Source: Tubulanus polymorphus (lineage: Eukaryota; Animalia; Nemertea). Taken from it: a stretch of 64,000 nucleotides of DNA. Below, in pieces: positions 26,393 through 36,930 of this stretch. The stretch spans positions 5,022,001 through 5,086,000 of the forward strand of contig NC_134025.1 in assembly GCF_964204645.1 (NCBI RefSeq). Direction: 5' to 3'. Each line of letters begins with the position of its first letter. Within the stretch, counting starts at the first letter, position 1. The notes beneath the pieces were generated by a model, which ran no database searches, was not told where the DNA came from, and saw only the letters and a list, made by a program, of their open reading frames with translations. A program made the position numbers and the translations under genes.

Positions 26393-27701
26393 TGTGATAT
26401 GTGAATGAATGATAACTTGGTAGAAGGATTTTGATGATAATACGAAAACTTTTGTTGAAAGAACCTGCAGTTCATTTGCAGTTGTGTTTCAAGTGAATAG
26501 ATTAAAGTGATCTGTCTTTTCATTTTCTACGATTGAAAAATACGTGTCAGTGAATGAAAATCGTTGGAGTCAGAAAACTGCAAACAGTTATCGAGAATGT
26601 AGTGTGAAATATAACGAATTTTACTTTTTCGATGATGAGTGTAACCACAGTAAAACTAGATATGAGACCAAAGCTCTCTGAGCATCTTAATGCTTTACAT
26701 TTTGGAGAAATCGTTTACAATAGCATCGGGGTTACGGTATATGGATTTGAAAATGTGTCTTATTATTGTCATTGATGAAATATTGTTCCTTTTTCACATA
26801 GTGATAAGTATTATAGATAAGTAACGAAAGATTTTTCACTATGCCGTCCATAAACGTTGTATTTATTGAGGTTGGTTTATTAATCTATTATTTTTTTTTT
26901 TAGATAACAACTATTTTAAGAAAAGCTATTGTCTGTTATAAGGGTTTTTATGAAATTGCCATAATTGAATCGAATTCTTATCAAAAATAAAATATTATTT
27001 GCCCTAAAAAATCAGTTTTGTATACTCGTTTTGTACATTTAAATCTCCCAACACACTTTTCGTTCTCTCTAGTCATAACGGCGTTAACATGTAGATTTCA
27101 GTTCGGTTAGTGTTCACATGATAGAATTCGAGGCGCGATAACTATTGCCGCGATGAAGCTCTTAAGTCTGCCCCAAAACCCGTAGAGAAGTGATGGTGGA
27201 ATGGACCCGCAAAAACGGGATGTCTGAAGCTCCTACCCTAAGAAGACTTTATTTTTCTTATATAAATATAATCGGTAATGCGTCTATTTATGTCTATATA
27301 TAACACGGTTTTGACCCCTGATTTACCACCTGAAAATTCACCTATTGCGTATGCCTATATAGTTCTGGACTTGGGCCACTGTCTTTGAATACATTGGTGG
27401 CGTTTCTTACGTTCGTGCAATATTTGTTTATGTGTTTCCAAGTAGATTGCATGGTTGTGATTAATGGATTGAAGGACACATTTTCTTCAATAATAACTAT
27501 TTACAGGACAGGAGACACGAGACCGGCATAAATTTCGTTCTAAGGTAAATTGAACACTTGAAATGCGATCTAAAACGATATCGGTAGCGTGTCACTGATT
27601 GCATAGTCATTACTATCAACTGGCGATAAAACTAGCCGCTCTCAATTTATATTAATGGTTCATTGCATGAATTTTTAGTTGAAGCCTTCAATCGTATTGC
27701 A

Positions 27702-29511
27702 ATGCCTCCGAAGAAACCTGCTGCTAAAGCAACAATTTCAAAACCTGCCACCACAAAAGCTGGCGCAACAAAAGGACCCACCAAGCCAAAGCAGAGCGTC
27801 CCTGTTAACAAGGATGCGAAGAAGGTTGATGCAAAATCAAAAGAAGGTGAGATGAGGATGATTTAAAGATCGTTTATGATTTATAATTAGCCGAATACAT
27901 AATAATTACACTACATGATTGCACAGGTCCCCCCGCAAAGGAAACCACTGAAGTTACCGCTGCTGGAATTACTGTAAAATTCAGACAATTAGATTCCGTT
28001 CTGTTGAGGGATGTCGGAAACGTGATTAAGGATTCTGGAAAGTGAGTTCGATGATCAGATCACTGACGCTCACTTCGTATTTTTTTAGGAAATCCTAGTT
28101 AATCTAAATCAGAAAACATGGATTTTATTTTTGTTTTTAGGTGGCCCTTAGTGATCGATCCATCTGGAACCACAGCAACATTCCTTCGACATCGATACGC
28201 AAATGTTCTGAATGCGTTAGAGCCCTCTGAAATGACAGCCGACAAAATTCGACTAGCTCTCCTCGGAAGTATAAGGTAATATATGGTAATTAATGTTCAT
28301 TCATTGCTTTTTGCTAACATAGAAAGAATTAATTTTGTATCTTTAATACTAAGATTTGAGCAATGTATTAAAACTTCATTTTGAAACTGAGGCTAATTGA
28401 AGAGGAAAGGTGTTTTCTCCTAGTTTTCCTATATTGCCGATCGGCTGTGTTGTTAATCCACGGTTTCATGGGGCGATCTCGGATTGAAATTCGATTCGAG
28501 CTCCGACTATAGCCAGCCCATATACACGTCCACCCAAAGCCAAATACAACCGACTCTCCGGTCTAACCTGCTAACTCAATTTAGTCCTCCCCCAAATCCC
28601 AATCCTACATCTATCTCCCTGATCGAGTGGTCATCAGACATGCAAGAACAGGTGTATAAACTGTGAACTCATCCCATACTGTGATGTCACTTGTCCAAAC
28701 ATTCATCAAAGATCAATCAATGACAGACAGTGACTGACAGAGAGATGTCAATTATGGATTATGTATTGATACATTATAATAAAGTTATAAACTAACTTGT
28801 CTCTCTGTGCCCCATGAATTTCTGGACGTTACTGGTAAAATCTGAGGCCTGAGTTTCAGAAGAGTAGCCGTAATCAGTGAGAAATCAATCCCTGTACACC
28901 GTATAATGAATTTGAGGTATATGCCCAATCGATCTATATCTGATGCACCTCTGTTTTTTATCTATCGAAATCATCGTAATTAAATCGATAGTTTTTTTTT
29001 CAGGTTTGGTAAAATATTTGTCATAGACATGATGGGTGTCGACATGTACGACGCATGCGCAAGACGATTTGATGAAATCCAAGAGGGACTTCTTGGTGCA
29101 CTTATTGATAAATCTTTATTGAAAAATGAAAGGTGCGATAGTGCACATAAAAATCGTCTTTAAATATGATATTCTCATTCGAATGTAGAAAAACAATATG
29201 TCCTTGTCCTGCATGTCCGCATGACATTTCCCAAAATTCAGTATTATAAATTATTTGATCGTCGATATAAACTTTCTGCTGCCTGAATCAACAGTATATG
29301 TGGGTTATCTATCATTTATCGGTAATGATTGTTTCTATTTTTCAGCTATATATCGTTTATCAAAGATTCGGACGGGCCGGAGTATAACCCCGTACAATTC
29401 GTCGACCCATACTTAACGGATTTTAGTTTCGTTTTACTGACGCGAAACCCGAATCCGCCGAAACATTTATGCGATCGAATGTACGGACCAATACGAATTG
29501 AAATGCAATAG
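27702..29511 (+). CDS. Short IQANK1 paralog: basic N-terminal tail plus C-terminal domain only (5 exons, 229 aa)
   Basis: Exons 27702-27846, 27927-28041, 28141-28275, 29004-29132 and 29346-29511 total 690 nt with no internal stop. Exons 3 and 4 have the same lengths (135 and 129 nt) and phases as IQANK1 exons 12 and 13. Shared motifs are LLRDVGN, WPLVIDPSG, IRLALLGSIRFGK and YGPIR. Confidence 0.88.
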
Positions 29512-29767
29512 AATTTATAGCCTGTTAAAAAGAAGTTTTTCAACGTACGTTATCTTATTTATAACAAACAGTTCGGTAACTTTGTTTGATATTGTGTTTC
29601 ATAAACATTTTAGAATAATAAAACTATATGCTATCAAAGTCCACCATATGACTGTATCTGTTTTATTTCTTTTTCGCGAACGTTGAAGATTTGTAAAATA
29701 AATCTTTCTGGATCAATAAGCCGCAAATATTCTAATTTTCGTGAGATAATTTAGACCGTTGTGGGCG

Positions 29768-30180
29768 TCAATTCGGGAACATTAATTGGTGAACAATGAT
29801 TCCAAAGTCGATATTCACTGCTTCTTCAGTGCTTATAATGGTGAAAAACTCAATGATTTTACTGTTTGTTCGAATGATCGATGTGTCCAATATTCTCCTA
29901 TCAGATATCACTTTCTGAAATCTCACATTCATCATCTTTTCAACAGTTTCACCGGCGTCGTATATCAGGACATTCAATTCATTTCTAACAAATATCGGCG
30001 AGTTCTCCATGTGCTCTGGTGCCAATATTTTCATGGCCGCCTGATTTCAATAGATGTTTACCGATGACACATCTACACTTGTTGCTGATGAGTATGAGTT
30101 CCCGAGGCAAGGAGCAGGATTTTCGATGCTTCGCAAACAACTCCCAGCAGCAGAATTGCCAATATTCTATAAGCAGACAA
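29768..30180 (-). pseudogene. Probable decayed UDP-glycosyltransferase (UGT) 5' exon fragment
   Basis: After an acceptor (ttttcag) come a signal-like ILAILLLGVVCEA and SKILLLASGTHTHQ, then a stop plus frameshift, VIGKHLLKSGGHE, another frameshift, and ILAPEH...NIDFGII. This fits the UGT N-terminal pattern KILV...SH...L..RGHEV.VL.P spread over three frames. Confidence 0.5.
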
Positions 30181-31024
30181 CTGAAAATGAATGATATGGA
30201 ATATAGCAAAATATAAAGCCCCGTCACCCGGGAATATTTCCTCGTGATACGTGGAGTGAAATATGCGAATTTCGCCACCAAGAACCATCTATAGGAAAAA
30301 ACGATGGCTTCGTTGAAATGCTTAAGTTAAACCTCACAAAATGTTTACAATTATTCGGAAGAAAATAATGATATGTTCTCCGACGATTGTGTCTTTGTTG
30401 TCTCCTTGTTGTATTTTTGTTGTATTAATTTTTTATGCTACAGGGATGGGTTCCGTTTTATAAAAAATAGCTTATGTTGAGTCAGATTTAAATCGCCATA
30501 CATCAACAGTCTACATGTGGATTAAAGGATTTCTCAGAGAATCAACTAGTCATCAATAATCTGCTGCCTACGCAAAAACCTCGTAATTGGACCAAAAGTT
30601 ATTCTGAACTACGAAAAATTAGTCTGACAATCTGCTGGCTGCCTACCTATTTATCGCGTTATAACAGCTGTTGTGATTGAGATTACCGTTTACACTTCGT
30701 CTGATAGGTATTCCTGAAAGGAGGCTAAAATTCTCTAAAAATTAAGGGTATGTCTTTTACTTTGTTATTTAACCTTTGGAGAACAGACCAAGTATCTTTT
30801 CACCTTTTTATGCTCATTGACTGTCATTTTTTTCGAAACATAATTCATCCCATGTCATATGAAATTCGTATAATTCTTTTACCAAGATTTTTGTTGGTGG
30901 CTTCTGCTTTCGAAGTTAGATTTCAATATGAGGTGGGGAGGCGCTTCTTAGTTCTTGCGGTTTCCTTCAGAATATTTTGAACGACCGTCCTGACTACGTG
31001 TTGAATAATGCTCTTTCAACAGGG

Positions 31025-31561
31025 ATGAAGACCGGAATTGTATTTATCTGCCTATTTATCGGAGTCATTGCAAGGAAGCATGGACTTAGTTTAAAAGGAC
31101 TTACGAGAGGTCCATCTGCTAGAAGTAGACTAAATCCGAAGCCAACAAATACGAAACAGCCACCTAAGCAAGAACGGAAATCGAAAAAAGATATTTTGCC
31201 CAAACCCAATTCCAAGATTCCGGTTTCTGCACAGCCGCAATTACCAATGTATCAGCACAAACAGAAGCCAAATCTCCAAAACATTGATCATACGATACCT
31301 AGAAGACAGCATTTCCAACCCCGTCAGACAATATTTCTCCGTAATCCCCTTGGACTATCCCGACGCCCATACCACCATCGAGTGCATCGACGTCCGGTCA
31401 TCAAACATCCGCGAATTCATCCCGAAATGTTTACACAAAGGCAGCAACAACTCAAGCGTTTCATTCCCCGCACGAAACCGAAACTACCTTCAACTGGAAA
31501 AGACGATATCAAAGGGCCAACTGGGTGTAAAAAGATCAGATCCGCCAACCCGGACGTATGA
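31025..31561 (+). CDS. Orphan secreted, highly basic K/R/P/Q/H-rich protein (178 aa)
   Basis: The ATG lies 2 nt after an acceptor (tttcaacag). It has a signal-peptide-like MKTGIVFICLFIGVIA and shares HGLSLKGLTRGP with the next gene. There is a candidate TATA at 30459 and a possible 3' UTR intron starting at 31563. Confidence 0.75.
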   Translation: MKTGIVFICLFIGVIARKHGLSLKGLTRGPSARSRLNPKPTNTKQPPKQERKSKKDILPKPNSKIPVSAQPQLPMYQHKQKPNLQNIDHTIPRRQHFQPRQTIFLRNPLGLSRRPYHHRVHRRPVIKHPRIHPEMFTQRQQQLKRFIPRTKPKLPSTGKDDIKGPTGCKKIRSANPDV

Positions 31562-32599
31562 GGTAACCCTTCTATCAGTTAAATCACATCGATGTACATA
31601 TATATCGATATTTGTTAATACACTCTAAACGTCTTACATTTTTTGTTGTATATAGGTAATGACTCAACCAGGACAATACCGAAAAAATTTGTAGACATAG
31701 ATTGAACCAAGATAATCTTTTGATTTCAAAGGACTACGGAGTGACCTGGATTTGAAAATTTCAAAGAAATTGATGGAGTAAAACTTCTTGTATTAGAATT
31801 GAATAAAGTCCCTTTTAAGATTTCGCCAGTACGTTGTGCCGCATGCAAGAATCGTTATTGTCTCATATTATTACAGATGTGGGTGCATTCTATCCTATAT
31901 TTTTGTTCTTCTACACCTCAAGTACTGAATCATACATATCGCAAACAGTATTTCACAGTCAGGTGTGCTTTTCGTTCCGCACGTTTAAAATGAGTGGGAT
32001 GATAATCTAATTAATAAAAAGGCACTGATAGTAGTTGACATTCAGAGTGGAAGATTACGCACGACGCCATTAATATTTCCTCTCCCAATACATTTCCACA
32101 CGCGACGGTGATCGATACAGAGAAAATACGTAACGGTTATTCATATGTTTTATTGCCAATTTGAAAAGAAGAATGTACGACACGTCATCATAAAGCAGTA
32201 CACAGAAATACATCATGAAATGACCAGAAGGTACCTTCATCAATTTAGCCACAAATTGATAACAGCACAAGGTGTAGAAGAGTTCTTTTGTTTTTTTTTG
32301 TTGCTCGTTTTGTTCGTCGGCTACTTTTCAGCTATTGTAGTTCAACAGTGTCTGCGTGAGAATGCCGCATATTCTCTTGTTATGATATATCCGACTGGAA
32401 TTTGAATGAAATAACCACCTGTAGTCATCTCAACATTGACAACCACTTCATCTTCCTTGACAGCCTCTTTATTACGTTGGAGACAGATAAATTGGATGAC
32501 GCCTTGTGGGCGCTATTCAAAAAACTTCCTTCGCCGCGCTCTCTCTCTTCGAGCATTGAAATGGATATGTTCTTTTTACTCGAGACGGTATATATGTGC

Positions 32600-32665
32600 T
32601 ATAAATATTCGAGTTCTTGAAATTCATGAAACATTATCACTTGATTATCATAAAGTTCTCCAAAG
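32600..32665 (+). promoter_or_regulatory. TATA box and short non-coding first exon of the 666-aa gene
   Basis: TATAAATA at 32600-32607, donor AAG|gtacgt at 32665/32666, and acceptor ttttttccag immediately before the ATG at 32817. Confidence 0.6.
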
Positions 32666-32816
32666 GTACGTATGATGAAATAGATATCGTAATATAATAA
32701 ACTTTGCAATGACACTAACTTTGGAGACGTATATAAAAGAAATAGGAAATAGGTTGACATATTTTGGTATAAGTTTATCAAATGTACAAAGTTTCACCTT
32801 GTTCATTTTTTTCCAG

Positions 32817-34817
32817 ATGAGGATGATTTATTTCCTTTCGTTAATTTCACTCTGCGCAGCGCATGGAATAAGCCTTAAGGGCTTAAGCAGGGGACCCAGG
32901 CATAATAGCAGACCCTTCAGGAAAACAGAACTAAATGGTGTCAAGAGAAAACCTGAAAATGGTGATCGAAAAATCGTTACAAGTAGACCTAAAAGAAAAG
33001 TTGGTTTCGACGGCATGGATCATACAAAGCGACCGATTAAACTATCTAAACCTCCTTATCAGTTAGCGAAAGGAAGCGTGGATAGTAATGGAGTTAGGGT
33101 AGATAAATTCAAAGATAAAGGTGCTAATTTCAAATTGATGAAGCAACAGACAGGAGAAACCAGCCATACTTTGAAGAAAAATAAAAAGTCGAATGCTATT
33201 CCTTCGATGTCGTCGCCCTCTGCACAAAAACAGGCTCAAGCTCGAAAATTTGATAAGAAAACCAAAAATAAAAAAGATATAAGTAATCGGATGAGTCGGT
33301 CTAAGCAGAAAGCAAATGGTGTGGCACTGAATCAATCAAAGACTTCGAAACAATTACAAACATCAATCCGCAATCCAGCAGTAGTCAATACAGCTGTAAA
33401 TAACCAATTGACAGGAAATGGTATTTACTCGTTTGAAAACTTGAATTCTGTTGGTAGTCAATACGGCCCGGTTGGATACACTGTGGGAAAAGCACCAATA
33501 TCTGCTAATTATGGCCTGACTCCTACGTATAACCCGAGCGATCATAACAGTGGGACTAATATGGGCCAGAAGAATCGTAACGTCAATGCAGGCAATGGCG
33601 CCCTGTACAAGAGCAATATTGGTAAAAATGAAGAAACGCCTGATCATAATGGATACCAGATATCATCAGGTAGAAAATACCCTGGCTACGGCAACAAAAT
33701 GTATGACTATTACAGAAAATCCAACCATCAAAATGACTACCGAGGTAACGCCCCTGTACATACTGAAAACTTTAAGAGTGACCCGGGGCAAAGAAACGGC
33801 TTCGTCCCAAGGCGGCAAAATCATCATTTCTTACAACTTCGAATGGGAGGAATCTCTCGTAATAGATTTGGTCCTCCGAATAATGGCTACAGGCATACCA
33901 CGCAGATCTCTCGGGAAAGCTCAAACTACAAAAACTATCCAACCGTACGACCGGTGTCAAACCATAATCGCGAAGCCAGTGCTACAAGTGGTCCACAGCC
34001 GTTTAGCAACAGAGGTGATGGCAATCAGAGGTTAGGCCCTGATCATACGAATCAACGTTACCAACGTACATCTAATGCAAACATCGGTCAACGACCATTT
34101 CAATACAGAGGGTATGGAGATCACGGATTCGGGAGCAAGATTCCTAATCAAGTTCACATCAATAATGGAAACCCAACAGATCGTTATGGGAACCACTTAC
34201 ATAAAATTCAAACGGGCCATGCGCCTCACTATCACATTGATCCACAGTTTCGATATAGAGGGTATGGTGGCCATCGAGGATTCAGTGGTGCGGCGATTTC
34301 TCACCCACCTTACATCGATGATAAATATCGTTCTGTGAATTATCAAGCCCAAAAAGGCCAATATGATTACGGCTCTGTGAATAACCGTTTCGACGAGGAG
34401 CCACATGTACATCAAAATGCCCAAAATCTAGGACTTGACATACCTATTTTTGAAGCATTTTTCTACGGTAATGATCGTGAATCTGGTACAAACTGTAGCC
34501 TAGATTCTCCTCAACCAACGATTAGGGCTGATTTGAGTGGTATCGATGGCAAAAGTGATGGAAAACCTAACTATAACGCTCGTAACGCACCGACAAATGA
34601 AAAGGTTGCAGATTTCGATAGTTATGGTTCGCATATCGAGCCATTCGGACGTAACAGTGGTCAGGGGAATGGTGTAAACAACGTTTATGGTCACGGATTA
34701 CAGATTCCGAACGACAGCGTTAATGGGAACGACTGGATGAGGAGTGATTATTTGAATCGCTACAGAACGTATCGTCAGTGCCTCCGTGATGCTATTAGAT
34801 ATAGAATAAAGAATTAA
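32817..34817 (+). CDS. Orphan secreted low-complexity protein (666 aa): basic N-terminal third, then G/N/Y/H/R-rich with YRGYG repeats
   Basis: A 2-kb uninterrupted ORF in AT-rich DNA. The likely start is at 32817, since the ORF track's first 36 codons appear intronic. The signal peptide MRMIYFLSLISLCAA is followed by HGISLKGLSRGP. Confidence 0.85.
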   Translation: MRMIYFLSLISLCAAHGISLKGLSRGPRHNSRPFRKTELNGVKRKPENGDRKIVTSRPKRKVGFDGMDHTKRPIKLSKPPYQLAKGSVDSNGVRVDKFKDKGANFKLMKQQTGETSHTLKKNKKSNAIPSMSSPSAQKQAQARKFDKKTKNKKDISNRMSRSKQKANGVALNQSKTSKQLQTSIRNPAVVNTAVNNQLTGNGIYSFENLNSVGSQYGPVGYTVGKAPISANYGLTPTYNPSDHNSGTNMGQKNRNVNAGNGALYKSNIGKNEETPDHNGYQISSGRKYPGYGNKMYDYYRKSNHQNDYRGNAPVHTENFKSDPGQRNGFVPRRQNHHFLQLRMGGISRNRFGPPNNGYRHTTQISRESSNYKNYPTVRPVSNHNREASATSGPQPFSNRGDGNQRLGPDHTNQRYQRTSNANIGQRPFQYRGYGDHGFGSKIPNQVHINNGNPTDRYGNHLHKIQTGHAPHYHIDPQFRYRGYGGHRGFSGAAISHPPYIDDKYRSVNYQAQKGQYDYGSVNNRFDEEPHVHQNAQNLGLDIPIFEAFFYGNDRESGTNCSLDSPQPTIRADLSGIDGKSDGKPNYNARNAPTNEKVADFDSYGSHIEPFGRNSGQGNGVNNVYGHGLQIPNDSVNGNDWMRSDYLNRYRTYRQCLRDAIRYRIKN

Positions 34818-35047
34818 TGACAATAGGAACCGAATGATTTAAGACGCCGTGTGCTAATGAACAAATGCGAAATCCTCAACCCAAATGCTTTCTGAGCTCG
34901 GTTGTAATTTGACGATGACAGACGTCTGTGATTCATTCCTTTTTGATCTCTTTTATTTTACGTGATGGGGTTTGATTGGGAAACAAAGACTGAAAATCAG
35001 ACTCACGACAGATGTTTCATATTTGCAACTGTTTTCCTTTGATTACC

Positions 35048-35050
<3 letters not shown>

Positions 35051-35079
<29 letters not shown>
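35051..35079. repeat. (AT)n microsatellite
   Basis: About 14 AT units. Confidence 0.95.
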
Positions 35080-35083
<4 letters not shown>

Positions 35084-35510
35084 CTTTATAAGATGTTCAA
35101 AGCCAGAGCTAGACAACCAGATAGAACTAGAATTCTATTTGCGTCTACCTTATATGGTAAGATTTTTTTTGGGTTGTTTTTGTTACATTTACATTCTGAT
35201 ATCAAAGTGCACTGAAAACATTGGTGCATTAGATGGAACCAATGATCAAATAAGAAAAAAAAACTAATTCTAATCATGAATCAATTTTAATTATCCCTGT
35301 TAACATATAAAAATAATTACATAATTTGATATCGAAAATGAATGAGAACAAGCTAAATATTCGAGATAAGCACACACAGTCAACGCACATCGCATCGCAT
35401 CGCACGCAAAATGTACACCGTTCCAGATACACCAACGCGAATACAAGATTCAGAGGCAAACGTATCTCAACTCAAACCATTGCCTTACATAACTCACATA
35501 ACTCAGACAA

Positions 35511-35755
35511 ACATACATACATACCGACATACATGCATACATACATCAGGGCCGTAACAAGCATTTCAATTTTGGGGGCAGAGAAACCCGAAGAAGGGCA
35601 GTTCTATTGGAAATAACAATAATATTTGCAAAAAGACACTTTTCCAAAATTTCTTGGGGGGGGGGGCAAGGGGGGCTAGGTACGGTCCTGTACCTTCACA
35701 TACATACACACATACATACAAACATACATACATACGCACATATATACATACATAC
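35511..35755. repeat. Imperfect (CATA)n microsatellite interrupted by a small TIR element
   Basis: CATA/TACA units at 35511-35546 and 35698-35755. Confidence 0.85.
35547..35690. mobile_element. 144-bp MITE-like element with CAGGGCCGTA termini
   Basis: The left end is CAGGGCCGTA and the right end TACGGTCCTG (9/10 inverted match), with internal G-runs. No clear target-site duplication. Confidence 0.6.
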
Positions 35756-36930
35756 GTAACAGTGACTGTAATACAAGATCCACTTTCTTGTAAGAATGCA
35801 AGGATAGGGAAATCCCGAATAAAATAGTCTATGAAAACTCAAAACGTCTAAGAACAGATGCACCATCCAAAAATAATTGGTTTTATTTTGTATATAAAAA
35901 TTGACTTATATATCCGGCGTTTGCGTATGTATTTTGTTGGTGGAATCTGCATCACCTGCATCTGATGACGCATTTGTTTGCTGAAATTGGTGCCTATAAC
36001 GAAAATGTTTTTGTTCAAGATGTTTAGCGCAATCTGTTTGGCAAATGGTAAACTACGAAACCCAGTTTTAATGCGACATTAACTTCATAATGATGTATCG
36101 TTAATGGGGAGAGAAAAATGTGTAAGAATGTCAATATTAGGACATTGCACAAAAAGTATCTATGCGCGTTAAATATTTGTCAAATCTTCAATCCAAGATT
36201 TCCTTTAGAAATATTTTCACATTTCAAGGGTTATAGGCTAAACTAGTAAAGCTTTTAACCCGTGACAGATTTTTAAATCCGACGTAGGGGTTTGAACTAT
36301 ATTCATCTCGACCGATAACTCATAATAATGCCATTACGGTATTTTATGAGAAAACTAAATACTATACATATATCTACAACGCCTTACAGTAACAGCAGTA
36401 TTTCTGATACATGTACTATCCTCTGATAAAATACAGTAATATATGTATATATATGTATATATACGTTATTGAATTATTATTCGCATCGTACGGTTTGCTT
36501 TGCTTTATTGAGCATTTCTTCTTTTATCCGTTTTACCGAGTCGGGTTTTAGATAATAGCATGATGATGTACAGCAGCTGGTTGCGAGCACACGAGGTAAC
36601 CTCCATCGACGGGCAAAGATACGTGTTTGCAACTATATCCCTTCCCGGTCGTGGAAACTAATGTTTACCTACACAGAAGCGCCCCTAGTCCACCTTATTT
36701 GTTCGAAATGTGTGGAAAGGATCCGTCGATAAAATGAACACGCGCAAGGGATGCTAATGGTATTACTGAAAGCTCAATTGCAGCCATTAGTGGGTGTGTG
36801 TTTCGAATATCGGAACATAATTACACCCGTGAAATTAGACCAATCGCCTCAGTTCACGTTCGGTGTATATCCGCACCTTTTTCTGTCACCTATTTGAACT
36901 ATCCTTCCATTTGATAACAAATTCCGTTTA

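Noticed and set aside
31284-31628. 114-codon overlapping alternative-frame ORF in the small secreted gene
   Set aside because: It starts at TTG, has no recognisable motif, and is explicable as a shadow of the biased codons in the main frame.
32070-32620. Cluster of short ORFs on both strands between the two secreted genes
   Set aside because: No consistent splice structure or recognisable homology. It could be decayed coding or repeat DNA, but I cannot support a call.
32709-32816. N-terminal 36 codons of the 702-aa ORF
   Set aside because: They fall within a GT-AG intron (32666-32816), and the signal peptide starts at 32817.
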